Shown: piece after piece, positions 1 to 6,957 of the stretch
Layout of the letters: the number at the start of each line of letters is the position of its first letter
Position numbering within the stretch: position 1 is the stretch's first letter
Assembly (NCBI GenBank): GCA_046598045.1
Contig: JBKJJJ010000088.1
Location: forward strand, 1-14,658
Direction: 5' to 3'
Length of the DNA stretch: 14,658 nt
Source of the DNA: Candidatus Eiseniibacteriota bacterium
GTDB taxonomy: Bacteria; Eisenbacteria; RBG-16-71-46; DASYSL01
Program-made: the position numbers and the translations under genes
Notes under the pieces: model-generated
What the model was told of the DNA's origin: nothing
The model's database searches: none
The model's input: the letters and a program-made list of their open reading frames with translations, nothing else

Positions 1-519
1 GCCGAGCGCGGCGCGTTCGGCAGCGCGCGCGACCACGAGCCAGGCGGCGCCGTAGCGCGAGCCCTCGACGCGCTCGACGGCGTAGCCGAGGCGATCGAGC
101 ATCGTCTGGAGCCCCGACGCGCGGTAGCGGCGCCCGCGGAACGGCCGCGCCTCGAGGCGCGCGGGCGCGAGCACGCGGCCGGCGCGCGCCGCGAGTTCGC
201 GTGCGACGCGGCCCGCGAGCTCGATCGTGTCCGCCGGCGAGGCGAGGCTCCACAGGTTCGGCGCAACGAGGACGAGCGGCGCACCGGGCTTGAGCGCGCG
301 GCGTACCTGCTGGAGCAGCCAGCGGTCCCACTCCGTACGCTCGAGCGCGCCCACGATCAGCGCCCCGGCGAGCGATCCGGGCTCGTCCACCAGCGCGCGC
401 TCGGGGTCGGCGACGACCGGGGCGAAGCCGGCTGTGCGCAGATCGCCGGCCACCCGTGGGGCATCGGGCGCGAGCACCAGGACGCGGGCGCCCGGGGCGA
501 GGCCGGCGTTGCGAAGCAC
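1..519 (-). CDS. Class I SAM-dependent methyltransferase-like protein, 5' portion (runs off the left edge); motif I is degenerate
   Basis: Not in the ORF track; translated by hand from GTG at 519-517: MLRNAGLAPGARVLVLAPDAPRVAGDLRTAGF...ALIVGALERTEWDRWLLQQVRRALKPGAPLVLVAPNLWS...RYRASGLQTMLDRLGYAVERVE. The 'LxxVRRALKPGxxLVLxxPN' and 'L..ML.R.GY.V' segments are typical of the Methyltransf_11/23 fold. The frame is open to base 1; the start is uncertain. Confidence 0.6.
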   Translation of the reverse strand, partial: MLRNAGLAPGARVLVLAPDAPRVAGDLRTAGFAPVVADPERALVDEPGSLAGALIVGALERTEWDRWLLQQVRRALKPGAPLVLVAPNLWSLASPADTIELAGRVARELAARAGRVLAPARLEARPFRGRRYRASGLQTMLDRLGYAVERVEGSRYGAAWLVVARAAERAALG

Positions 520-731
520 CTCAAAGGGCCGCGAAACTTGGGATGGGGAAGGGCCCAGGAATCCTCCAGGAGCGGGTTGGCGCGACGGATCGGACCGGCA
601 GTCTAGGGCCGGGCTACCCGAGCCACAAGGCCGGGGCCATTGCGAGATTTCCGTGGCGCCCCTTCCTGCGGGACGGTAGACTTTCAGCCCCCGGAAAATC
701 CCGGCGTCTCACGTCCCTGGAGATCCCCGCC

Positions 732-1652
732 ATGCGCCGAAGTCTGATCCTGCTCCTCCTGCTCGTCGCCTCCGCGGTCGGATTCGCCGGCAGGGTCGCC
801 GCCGAGCCGCCGCCGACCTTCATCACGAACATCTATGCCGCACCGTTCCCTTCGTTCAACCAGGTCAGCCAGATGGCGCTCGGGCCGGACGGGCGTGTCT
901 ACGTCGCCGACGCCTATCGCAACCGGATCATGATCTACAACCTCGATGGGACATACTCGGCGCAGTTCGGGACCGCCGGTACGGCCCTCGGCAGGCTCGG
1001 GCTGCCCTCGGGGATTGCATTCGACGGGGCGGGGAACATCTACGTCGCTGAGCAATCGAATGCGCGCATCCAGAGGTTCAGTGCGAGCTTCATCAGCCTC
1101 GGAGCGATCTCGATTCCGGGCCCCAGCCCGGCACCGCTCAATTACCCGAGCAACCTCGCGTTCTCGCCCGATGGCCAGACCCTGTACGTGACCGAACTCC
1201 TTGGACACTGTGTGACCATGTTCAATCTGGCCGGGACGTTCCTCGGGCGGGTCGGCGGGCCGGCGACTGGGAGCGGCCCGGGACAATTCAGCTACCCGTT
1301 CGGGATCATCGTCGACCCCGCCGGTGACGTGTTCGTCGCGGACGAGCGCAATCACCGTATCCAGCACCTGACCGCCGCGGGCGCGTATGTCGGAAGCTGG
1401 GGCACGCCGGGCACGGGCCCGGGGCAATTCAACTACGTGGTGGGTTTGGGGCTGGACGCGGCCGGGGAGATCTACGCCACGGACCAGCTCAACAACCGGG
1501 TTCAGAAGTTCCACCACGACGGGACGTTCGTCACCGAGTGGGGGAGCTTCGGCGGGGGGGCCGGCCAGTTCTACAATCCGTGGTGCGTGCTCCCGGTGTC
1601 CCCGACCCACACCCGCGTGTTCGACACCGGGAGCACGCACCACGGATTGTAG
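732..1652 (+). CDS. Secreted NHL-repeat (six-bladed beta-propeller) protein, 306 aa as written, ending prematurely at TAG 1650-1652
   Basis: ATG 732 with GGAG at 719-722, followed by signal peptide MRRSLILLLLLVASAVGFAGRVAA. Repeated NHL blades: GPGQFSYPFGIIVDPAGDVFVADERNHRIQ, GPGQFNYVVGLGLDAAGEIYATDQLNNRVQKF, LGLPSGIAFDGAGNIYVAEQSNARIQRF. The track's extension to 456 is non-coding-like. Confidence 0.88.
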   Translation: MRRSLILLLLLVASAVGFAGRVAAEPPPTFITNIYAAPFPSFNQVSQMALGPDGRVYVADAYRNRIMIYNLDGTYSAQFGTAGTALGRLGLPSGIAFDGAGNIYVAEQSNARIQRFSASFISLGAISIPGPSPAPLNYPSNLAFSPDGQTLYVTELLGHCVTMFNLAGTFLGRVGGPATGSGPGQFSYPFGIIVDPAGDVFVADERNHRIQHLTAAGAYVGSWGTPGTGPGQFNYVVGLGLDAAGEIYATDQLNNRVQKFHHDGTFVTEWGSFGGGAGQFYNPWCVLPVSPTHTRVFDTGSTHHGL

Positions 1653-1655
1653 AAC
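1568..1655. repeat. Perfect 33-bp inverted repeat A (1568-1600 / 1623-1655), 22-nt spacer
   Basis: gttctacaatccgtggtgcgtgctcccggtgtc versus gacaccgggagcacgcaccacggattgtagaac; exact reverse complements, checked base by base. Confidence 0.97.
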
Positions 1656-1679
1656 ACGCGGGTGTGGGTCGGGGACACC
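1595..1679. repeat. Perfect 28-bp inverted repeat B (1595-1622 / 1652-1679), 29-nt spacer, interlocked with repeat A
   Basis: ggtgtccccgacccacacccgcgtgttc versus gaacacgcgggtgtgggtcggggacacc; exact reverse complements. Confidence 0.97.
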
Positions 1680-1769
1680 TACAACTACCGACTCGGCATC
1701 TTCGAGACGCTCGCCACGCCCGCCACGCCGGCAACGTGGGGCGCGCTCAAGCACCGCTATCGTCAGTGA
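1653..1769 (+). pseudogene. In-frame C-terminal remainder of the NHL gene, beyond the premature stop
   Basis: Same frame as ATG 732: NTRVWVGDTYNYRLGIFETLATPATPATWGALKHRYRQ* (TGA 1767-1769). VWVGDTYNYRL completes the last NHL blade (consensus VYVADxxNxRI). Confidence 0.85.
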
Positions 1770-1778
1770 AGGGAAGGG

Positions 1779-1807
1779 TGAGGGGGCCTCTGCCCGGCGC
1801 CCCCTCA
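1779..1807. terminator. Stem-loop between convergent genes, possible terminator
   Basis: 9-bp stem tgagggggc (1779-1787) / gccccctca (1799-1807) with an 11-nt loop. It lies 10 nt after TGA 1769, which supports 1769 as the true end of the NHL gene. No strong U-tract. Confidence 0.5.
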
Positions 1808-1822
1808 AACCCGTCTAGCGGA

Positions 1823-2320
1823 TCAGGCCGCGGCCCGGGCGGGCTTGTGGCGGATCAGAACCGCCGCGATCAGCGATACTAAGAGCCCCGTCAGCACCGT
1901 CATCAAGCCTCCCGTGCACGAGGACATGAGCGGCGTCATCATGGGCGCCTGCTTGGCCAGAGCGGCCTGTACGCCTTCGGGGGACATGCCCCTCGCCGCG
2001 AGCACGCGTCCGGTCATGGCCTGGAGGTCGGCGTAGTACGTCGGGAACAGGGCCGTCGTGATCACATAGGACCCCGCGAAGATGATCACCCCAGCCACCA
2101 GCGACATCACCAGGCCGGCCATGACCTGCTGCCCGTAACCGAATCCCTGCTTCTTGGTGTTCTTGAGCATCCACACCAGCAGGATGATCTCGAACGGGAC
2201 CACCATCCAGAACGTCCACGACATGCCCGGGTCCTTGTACCACCCGGTGTAACCGTGGATCAGCGTCCAAACGAGAACCAACAAGCCCAGAACCACCCCG
2301 GCCTGCACGGAACTCTTCAT
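1823..2320 (-). CDS. DUF4199-like integral membrane protein (165 aa, about 4 TM)
   Basis: GGAGG RBS upstream of the ATG. Two N-terminal TM helices, then 'GFGYGQQVMAGLVMSLVAGVIIFAGSYV...FPTYY', a soluble helical linker and a final TM 'GLLVSLIAAVLIR'; this layout matches the DUF4199 pattern as I recall it. Confidence 0.75.
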   Translation of the reverse strand: MKSSVQAGVVLGLLVLVWTLIHGYTGWYKDPGMSWTFWMVVPFEIILLVWMLKNTKKQGFGYGQQVMAGLVMSLVAGVIIFAGSYVITTALFPTYYADLQAMTGRVLAARGMSPEGVQAALAKQAPMMTPLMSSCTGGLMTVLTGLLVSLIAAVLIRHKPARAAA

Positions 2321-2497
2321 CGGAACCTCCCTGGATCGTGGGGACCTGCGCGCTTCGTGAACCTGCGCGCACTACAGCGCGGAGGATGGTACCCCATTCC
2401 CGCTCCGCGTCCACCCCGGAGGCGCCCCCTACCACCAAACGGCCCGTGCCTGTAGGGTGGAGAGGTTCCCTCGTCACCACGCCCGTCCGAGGATGCC

Positions 2498-4651
2498 ATG
2501 ACCCGAGACCGATCCCTCCGCCTGCTCGCCGTCGCCCTCGCGGGGGCGTTCGCCGCCCCGGCGGCTTCCGCGCCCGCGCTGCCCGAGACTCCGAAGCACC
2601 CGGTCGTGGACACCTATCACGGTCAGGCCGTGCCGGACGACTACCGCTGGCTCGAGGACTCGTCCGATCCGAAGGTCAGGTCCTGGAGCGATGCCGAGAA
2701 CGCGGTCGCCCGCGACTTCCTCGACGGGGTCCCCGAGCGCAAGGACATCCTCGCGCGGGTCGACGAGCTCACGCTCAGCCGGACGCCGCGCTACGTCAGC
2801 CTCGTGGTCCGCGGTGCCACCACGTTCGCGATCAAGGACCAGCCGCCGCTCCAGCAGCCGCTCCTGGTCACGCTGGCGTCGGTCGACGACACCACCGGGG
2901 AACGCGTGGTCGTCGACCCGAACCGGATCGATTCGACCGGGGAGACGACGATCGACTTCTTCTCGCCCTCGCTCGACGGCTCGAAGGTCGCGGTCTCGCT
3001 CTCGAAGGGCGGCACCGAGGACGGCACGGTGTACGTGTATGACGTCGCGACCGGCGCGCGGCTGCCCGACGAACTGCCGCACGTCAACGGCGGGACCGCC
3101 GGCGGCTCGGTCGCGTGGAACGCGGACGGCACCGGCTTCTGGCGCACGCGCTACCCCGCGGCAGGGGAGCGTGCCGACGGCGACGTGGACTTCTACCAGC
3201 AGGTCTACTTCCACAAGCTGGGCGACCCGGCGAGCGCCGATGCGTACGTGGTGGGCAAGGAGTTCCCGCGCATCGCCGAGATCGACCTCGAAACCTCGGA
3301 CGACGGGCGCTTCACGGTGTGCGACGTGTCGAACGGCGACGGCGGCGAGCACGCGTTCTGGCTCTCCGAGGGGGGCGGGGCGTTCGGGCAGGTCTCGCGC
3401 TTCAGCGACCGCTGCGTCAAGGCGGCGTTCGGCGACGGCGCGCTCTACCTGCTCTCGCGCGCGGGTGCGCCGAACGGCAAGCTGCTTCGGCTCGCGCTGC
3501 CCGGTGGGACGCTCGCGAAGGCCCGCGTCGTCGTGCCCGCGGGACGCACCGCGATCGAGAGTTTCCTGCCGGCGGGCGACCGCCTCTACGTCGAGGACAT
3601 GGTGGGCGGGCCGTCGGCGATCCGGTTGTTCACCGCGCTCGGCCGGCCGACCGGCACGCTGCCGCTGCCGCCGATCTCGTCGGTCGGCGGCATGGTGCAC
3701 GCCGCCGGCAACACCGCGCTGATCCGTACCGAGAGCTACACCACGCCCGCACGCTGGTCGCGCTACGATCCCGCGTCGCGCAGCCTCGCGCCCACCGCGC
3801 TCATCCAGACCTCGCCCGCGACGTACGCCGACGTCGAGGTCCGGCGCGTGTTCGCCACTTCGAAGGACGGCACGCGGGTGCCGATCAACCTGATCTACCG
3901 CAAGGGTACGAAGCTCGATGGCAGCGCTCCCACGCTGCTCTACGGCTACGGCGGATACGGCCTGAGCGACACGCCTTCGTTCAGCGCGTCGCGCCAGCTC
4001 TGGATCGAGCAGGGCGGCATCTACGCGGACGCGAACATCCGTGGCGGCGGCGAGTTCGGCGACGCCTGGCACCTCGCCGGCAACCTGACGAAGAAGCAGA
4101 ATGTGTTCGACGACTTCGCGGCCTGCGCGCGCTATCTCGTCAGCCAGGGCTACACGAGCGTTTCGAAGCTCGCGATCCGCGGCGGCTCGAACGGCGGACT
4201 GTTGATGGGCGCGATGATCACGCAGCACCCCGACCTGATGAAGAGCGTGGTCTGCCAGGTCGGCCTGCTCGACGCGGTGCGCTCGGAGTTCGAGCCCAAC
4301 GGCGTGTTCAACATCACCGAGTTCGGCACGATCAGGAATGCGGCGCAATTCAAGGCGCTCTACGCCTACTCGCCCTATCACCACGTCGTCGACGGCGCGA
4401 AGTACCCGGCCACGCTGTTCATGACCGGCGCCAACGACCCGCGCGTGGCACCCTCGAACTCGCGCAAGATGGCGGCACGCCTGCAGGCTGCGAACGCCTC
4501 GGGTGAGCCGATCCTGCTGCGCACCAGTGCGACCACGGGCCATGTCGGCTCCTCGCTGTCGTCGCGCAACGAGGAGACCGCCGACTGGTACGCGTTCGTG
4601 TTCAAGACGCTGGGCATGCGGTACAAGCCCATCGCGGCGCCGTTGCCCTGA
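2498..4651 (+). CDS. Prolyl oligopeptidase family serine peptidase (S9A) with signal peptide, 717 aa
   Basis: GGAGG RBS; N-terminal 'VVDTYHG..VPDDYRWLED'; 'PTLLYGYGGYG', 'ANIRGGGEFGDAWH', 'KQNVFDDF'. Catalytic Ser in GGSNGGLL (4181-4204), Asp in NDPRV, His in TTGH. Confidence 0.96.
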   Translation: MTRDRSLRLLAVALAGAFAAPAASAPALPETPKHPVVDTYHGQAVPDDYRWLEDSSDPKVRSWSDAENAVARDFLDGVPERKDILARVDELTLSRTPRYVSLVVRGATTFAIKDQPPLQQPLLVTLASVDDTTGERVVVDPNRIDSTGETTIDFFSPSLDGSKVAVSLSKGGTEDGTVYVYDVATGARLPDELPHVNGGTAGGSVAWNADGTGFWRTRYPAAGERADGDVDFYQQVYFHKLGDPASADAYVVGKEFPRIAEIDLETSDDGRFTVCDVSNGDGGEHAFWLSEGGGAFGQVSRFSDRCVKAAFGDGALYLLSRAGAPNGKLLRLALPGGTLAKARVVVPAGRTAIESFLPAGDRLYVEDMVGGPSAIRLFTALGRPTGTLPLPPISSVGGMVHAAGNTALIRTESYTTPARWSRYDPASRSLAPTALIQTSPATYADVEVRRVFATSKDGTRVPINLIYRKGTKLDGSAPTLLYGYGGYGLSDTPSFSASRQLWIEQGGIYADANIRGGGEFGDAWHLAGNLTKKQNVFDDFAACARYLVSQGYTSVSKLAIRGGSNGGLLMGAMITQHPDLMKSVVCQVGLLDAVRSEFEPNGVFNITEFGTIRNAAQFKALYAYSPYHHVVDGAKYPATLFMTGANDPRVAPSNSRKMAARLQAANASGEPILLRTSATTGHVGSSLSSRNEETADWYAFVFKTLGMRYKPIAAPLP

Positions 4652-5974
4652 GTGACGATCCCGGCCCTTCTCCTCGCGATCCTGCTTGCGCCCCTCGGCG
4701 CAGGCGCCCCGCTTGCCGGCGTGCCTCTCGACACGCTGACGGTCGAGCAGTGCGCGGCCCTCGCGGCCGAGAACGCACCGGACGTGCTCGCGGCGCGCGC
4801 GGACGCGCGAGCGGCGCGCTATGACTCGAGCGCGACTGCCGTGAATCGGCGGCCGAGCCTTGCGCTCGACGGGGCCGTGCTGGTCGCGCCCAATGGTTTC
4901 TATGACCCCGTGGTCACGAACCTCGGGGAGTACCACGCGAAGGTCGTGCTCGACTGGCCGCTCGCCGATGGCGGCGCGCGGCGGCGCGCGCGCCAGGCCG
5001 CCGCGCTGACGGCGCAGGGCTCGCGGCTCGATGCCGCGCAGGCCGCGCGCGAGGCCAGCCTGCGCGCGATCGAGGTCGCGCTCGACCTCGTGCGTATCGA
5101 CGAGGTGCGCGCCGCCCAGGCCGACGCCGAGGCGTGGCTCGACGACCTCAACCTCCTGGTCGACGCGGGCGTGCGCTCCGGTCGGCGTGGCCGGGCCGAT
5201 GCCGCGCGCGTCGCGCTCGAGCACGATGCGGCGGCGGCGGCCGAATTGGCCGCCGAGGGCGCGCGGGGCGCGCTCGCGCGCGAACTGGCAGCCCTCATCG
5301 GCCGGCCCGGGAACGCGGCGATCGCCGTGCGGGCACCCGACGTGGGAGGCACGCGGTCCGTCGCGCCCGCGGATTCGGTCGCCCTCGTGGCGCGCGCGGA
5401 GACCCTGCCCGACGTGCGGCGCGCGGCCACCGAGGAGGCGTTGCGGCGCATCGCGATCGAGGATGCGCGGAAGCGCAAGGCGCTCGAGATCGGGCTCGTC
5501 GCGGACGCCGGGCTGTGGGGGGCGGATCTGACCCGCGCCGTCCCGCGGGACTTTGCCGCGACGCACCCGGGGGCATCGTTCGGCGATCGCCTGCGGCACG
5601 ATCTCGGCGCGTCGGTCGCGTTTCAGTTCAGGCGGCCGCTGTCTGACCCGGCGCTGGGCGCGACGGCGCTCGCGCGCGCGGCGTCGCTCGAAGCGGCGCG
5701 GTTGCGGCGCGAGGCGCTCATCGCCGCGCACCGCCGCAATGCGCTCGACCTGCTGGAGCGCGGGCGCACCGCGACGGCGCAACTCGAGCTCGCGCAGGCA
5801 TCCGCCGTGCGCGCCGAGGAAAACGTGCTCCGCCTGCGCAGCCTGTACGCGGGCGGCGCGGTGGGGCTGCTCGATCTTTTGGATGCGCGGCGCCAGTTGG
5901 ACGACGCGCGCACCCGGCTCGCCGATGCGCGCTTCGAGGCGCGCAGGGCTCATTCCGAGGCGGAGGTGTTGTGA
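4652..5974 (+). CDS. TolC-family outer membrane efflux protein (OMF), 440 aa
   Basis: GTG directly abuts the peptidase TGA (4649-4651). Signal peptide; 'LTVEQCAALAAENAPDV'; two helical repeats; C-terminal 'LYAGGAVGLLDLLDARRQL' OEP signature; upstream of MFP and RND genes. Confidence 0.88.
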   Translation: MTIPALLLAILLAPLGAGAPLAGVPLDTLTVEQCAALAAENAPDVLAARADARAARYDSSATAVNRRPSLALDGAVLVAPNGFYDPVVTNLGEYHAKVVLDWPLADGGARRRARQAAALTAQGSRLDAAQAAREASLRAIEVALDLVRIDEVRAAQADAEAWLDDLNLLVDAGVRSGRRGRADAARVALEHDAAAAAELAAEGARGALARELAALIGRPGNAAIAVRAPDVGGTRSVAPADSVALVARAETLPDVRRAATEEALRRIAIEDARKRKALEIGLVADAGLWGADLTRAVPRDFAATHPGASFGDRLRHDLGASVAFQFRRPLSDPALGATALARAASLEAARLRREALIAAHRRNALDLLERGRTATAQLELAQASAVRAEENVLRLRSLYAGGAVGLLDLLDARRQLDDARTRLADARFEARRAHSEAEVL

Positions 5975-6957
5975 ATCGAATCCCGGAGCTGCGCTGGTTC
6001 ACGTCCGCCCTGGCGGCGGCATCGTTGCTCGCGGCCGGGTGCGCGAAGTCGGCGGGCGAAGGCGAAGCCCCGGTCGACCCCGTCGTCAGCGTGCACGCCG
6101 CGGTCGTGAGCGAGCGCACCTTTCGCGACGCGGTCGACGCGCCCGGACGCTGGAAGAGCGCAATCGAGCTGTCCGTGCGCGCGCCCGCGGCGGGCTTCGT
6201 CGAGTCGCTCGGGCCGCGCGCCGGGGAGCGCGTGAGCGCGGGCCAGGTCGTCGGCCGGCTGCTGACGCGGGATTCCCGGGCCGCGCTCGAGGGCGCGCAG
6301 ATGCTCCTGCGCGAGAGCGCCCCCGGGGCCGCGCGCGCGGAGGCGCAGCGCGCGCTCGAGCTCGCGCGCCGCGAGCTCGTACGCATTCCGCTCGTCGCGC
6401 CGCAGGCGGGCATCGTCCTGCGCCGCGCGGCCGAGCCCGGCACGCAGGTCGACGAGGGCGGAGAGGTGCTCGCGCTCGTCCCCGCGAGCGGCCTCGTGTT
6501 CGAGGTGCACGTGCCGCCCGGTCAGGCCGCGCGGGTACGCCCCGGACAGGCGGCCGAGATCACGGTCGCGCCCGCGCCACCGCGTGCGGCGACCGTGCGC
6601 ACGGTGCTGCCGCAGGCGGACTCCACCGACCAGTCGACGCTGGTGTGGCTCGTGCCGCTCGCGAGCCAGCCCGCCCCCGCGATCGACCGCTTCGGCTCGG
6701 CGCGCATCGAGGTCGGGTTCCCCCGGATGTCGTCCGCCGTGCCGGAGGCCGCCCTGATCGAGGATGACCTCACCGGCGAGCCGCGCATCGCGGTGATCGA
6801 TTCGAGCGGCCGCGCCGCGTGGACCACGCTCACGGTCGGCATCGCGCAGGACGGCTGGCGCGAGGTCCTGTCGCCCCGCCTCGCGGCGGGCACGCGGGTC
6901 GTGACCGAGGGCCAGCACGGCCTGACCGACCACACCCGGGTTCAAGTCGCGAAATGA
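5971..6957 (+). CDS. RND efflux periplasmic adaptor (membrane fusion protein), lipoprotein, 328 aa
   Basis: GTGA overlap with the TolC stop. Lipobox LAAG-C; lipoyl half-motifs 'VRAPAAGFVESL...GERVSAGQVV' and 'LVAPQAGIVLRR..EPGTQVDEG'; 'VPEAALI' and 'GTRVVTEGQHGL'. Confidence 0.92.
   Translation: MNRIPELRWFTSALAAASLLAAGCAKSAGEGEAPVDPVVSVHAAVVSERTFRDAVDAPGRWKSAIELSVRAPAAGFVESLGPRAGERVSAGQVVGRLLTRDSRAALEGAQMLLRESAPGAARAEAQRALELARRELVRIPLVAPQAGIVLRRAAEPGTQVDEGGEVLALVPASGLVFEVHVPPGQAARVRPGQAAEITVAPAPPRAATVRTVLPQADSTDQSTLVWLVPLASQPAPAIDRFGSARIEVGFPRMSSAVPEAALIEDDLTGEPRIAVIDSSGRAAWTTLTVGIAQDGWREVLSPRLAAGTRVVTEGQHGLTDHTRVQVAK

Noticed and set aside
456..731. Track's N-terminal extensions (NHL from 456; also RND from 6819, SBP from 11539, permease from 12243, lyase from 14544)
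   Set aside because: Downstream starts have RBSs, stop-start overlaps or signal peptides. The extensions are low-complexity and overlap neighbouring genes.
1650..1652. In-frame TAG as pyrrolysine or programmed readthrough in the NHL gene
   Set aside because: The stop lies at the end of the 51-nt inverted duplication and is fully explained by it. The 17 inserted codons do not fit the NHL pattern, and TAG is used as a normal stop at 9990-9992.
1568..1679. MITE/IS remnant, CRISPR array or DGR template/variable repeat
   Set aside because: The arms are copies of the host gene's own coding sequence, are inverted rather than direct, and show no target-site duplication, spacers or adenine-specific mismatches. 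No transposase, Cas or reverse transcriptase is encoded in the window.
2474..5953. 1159-aa minus-strand ORF
   Set aside because: Antisense shadow of the peptidase and TolC genes. Arg/Ala/Gly-rich with no recognisable motifs; long stop-free antisense frames are expected at this GC content and codon bias.
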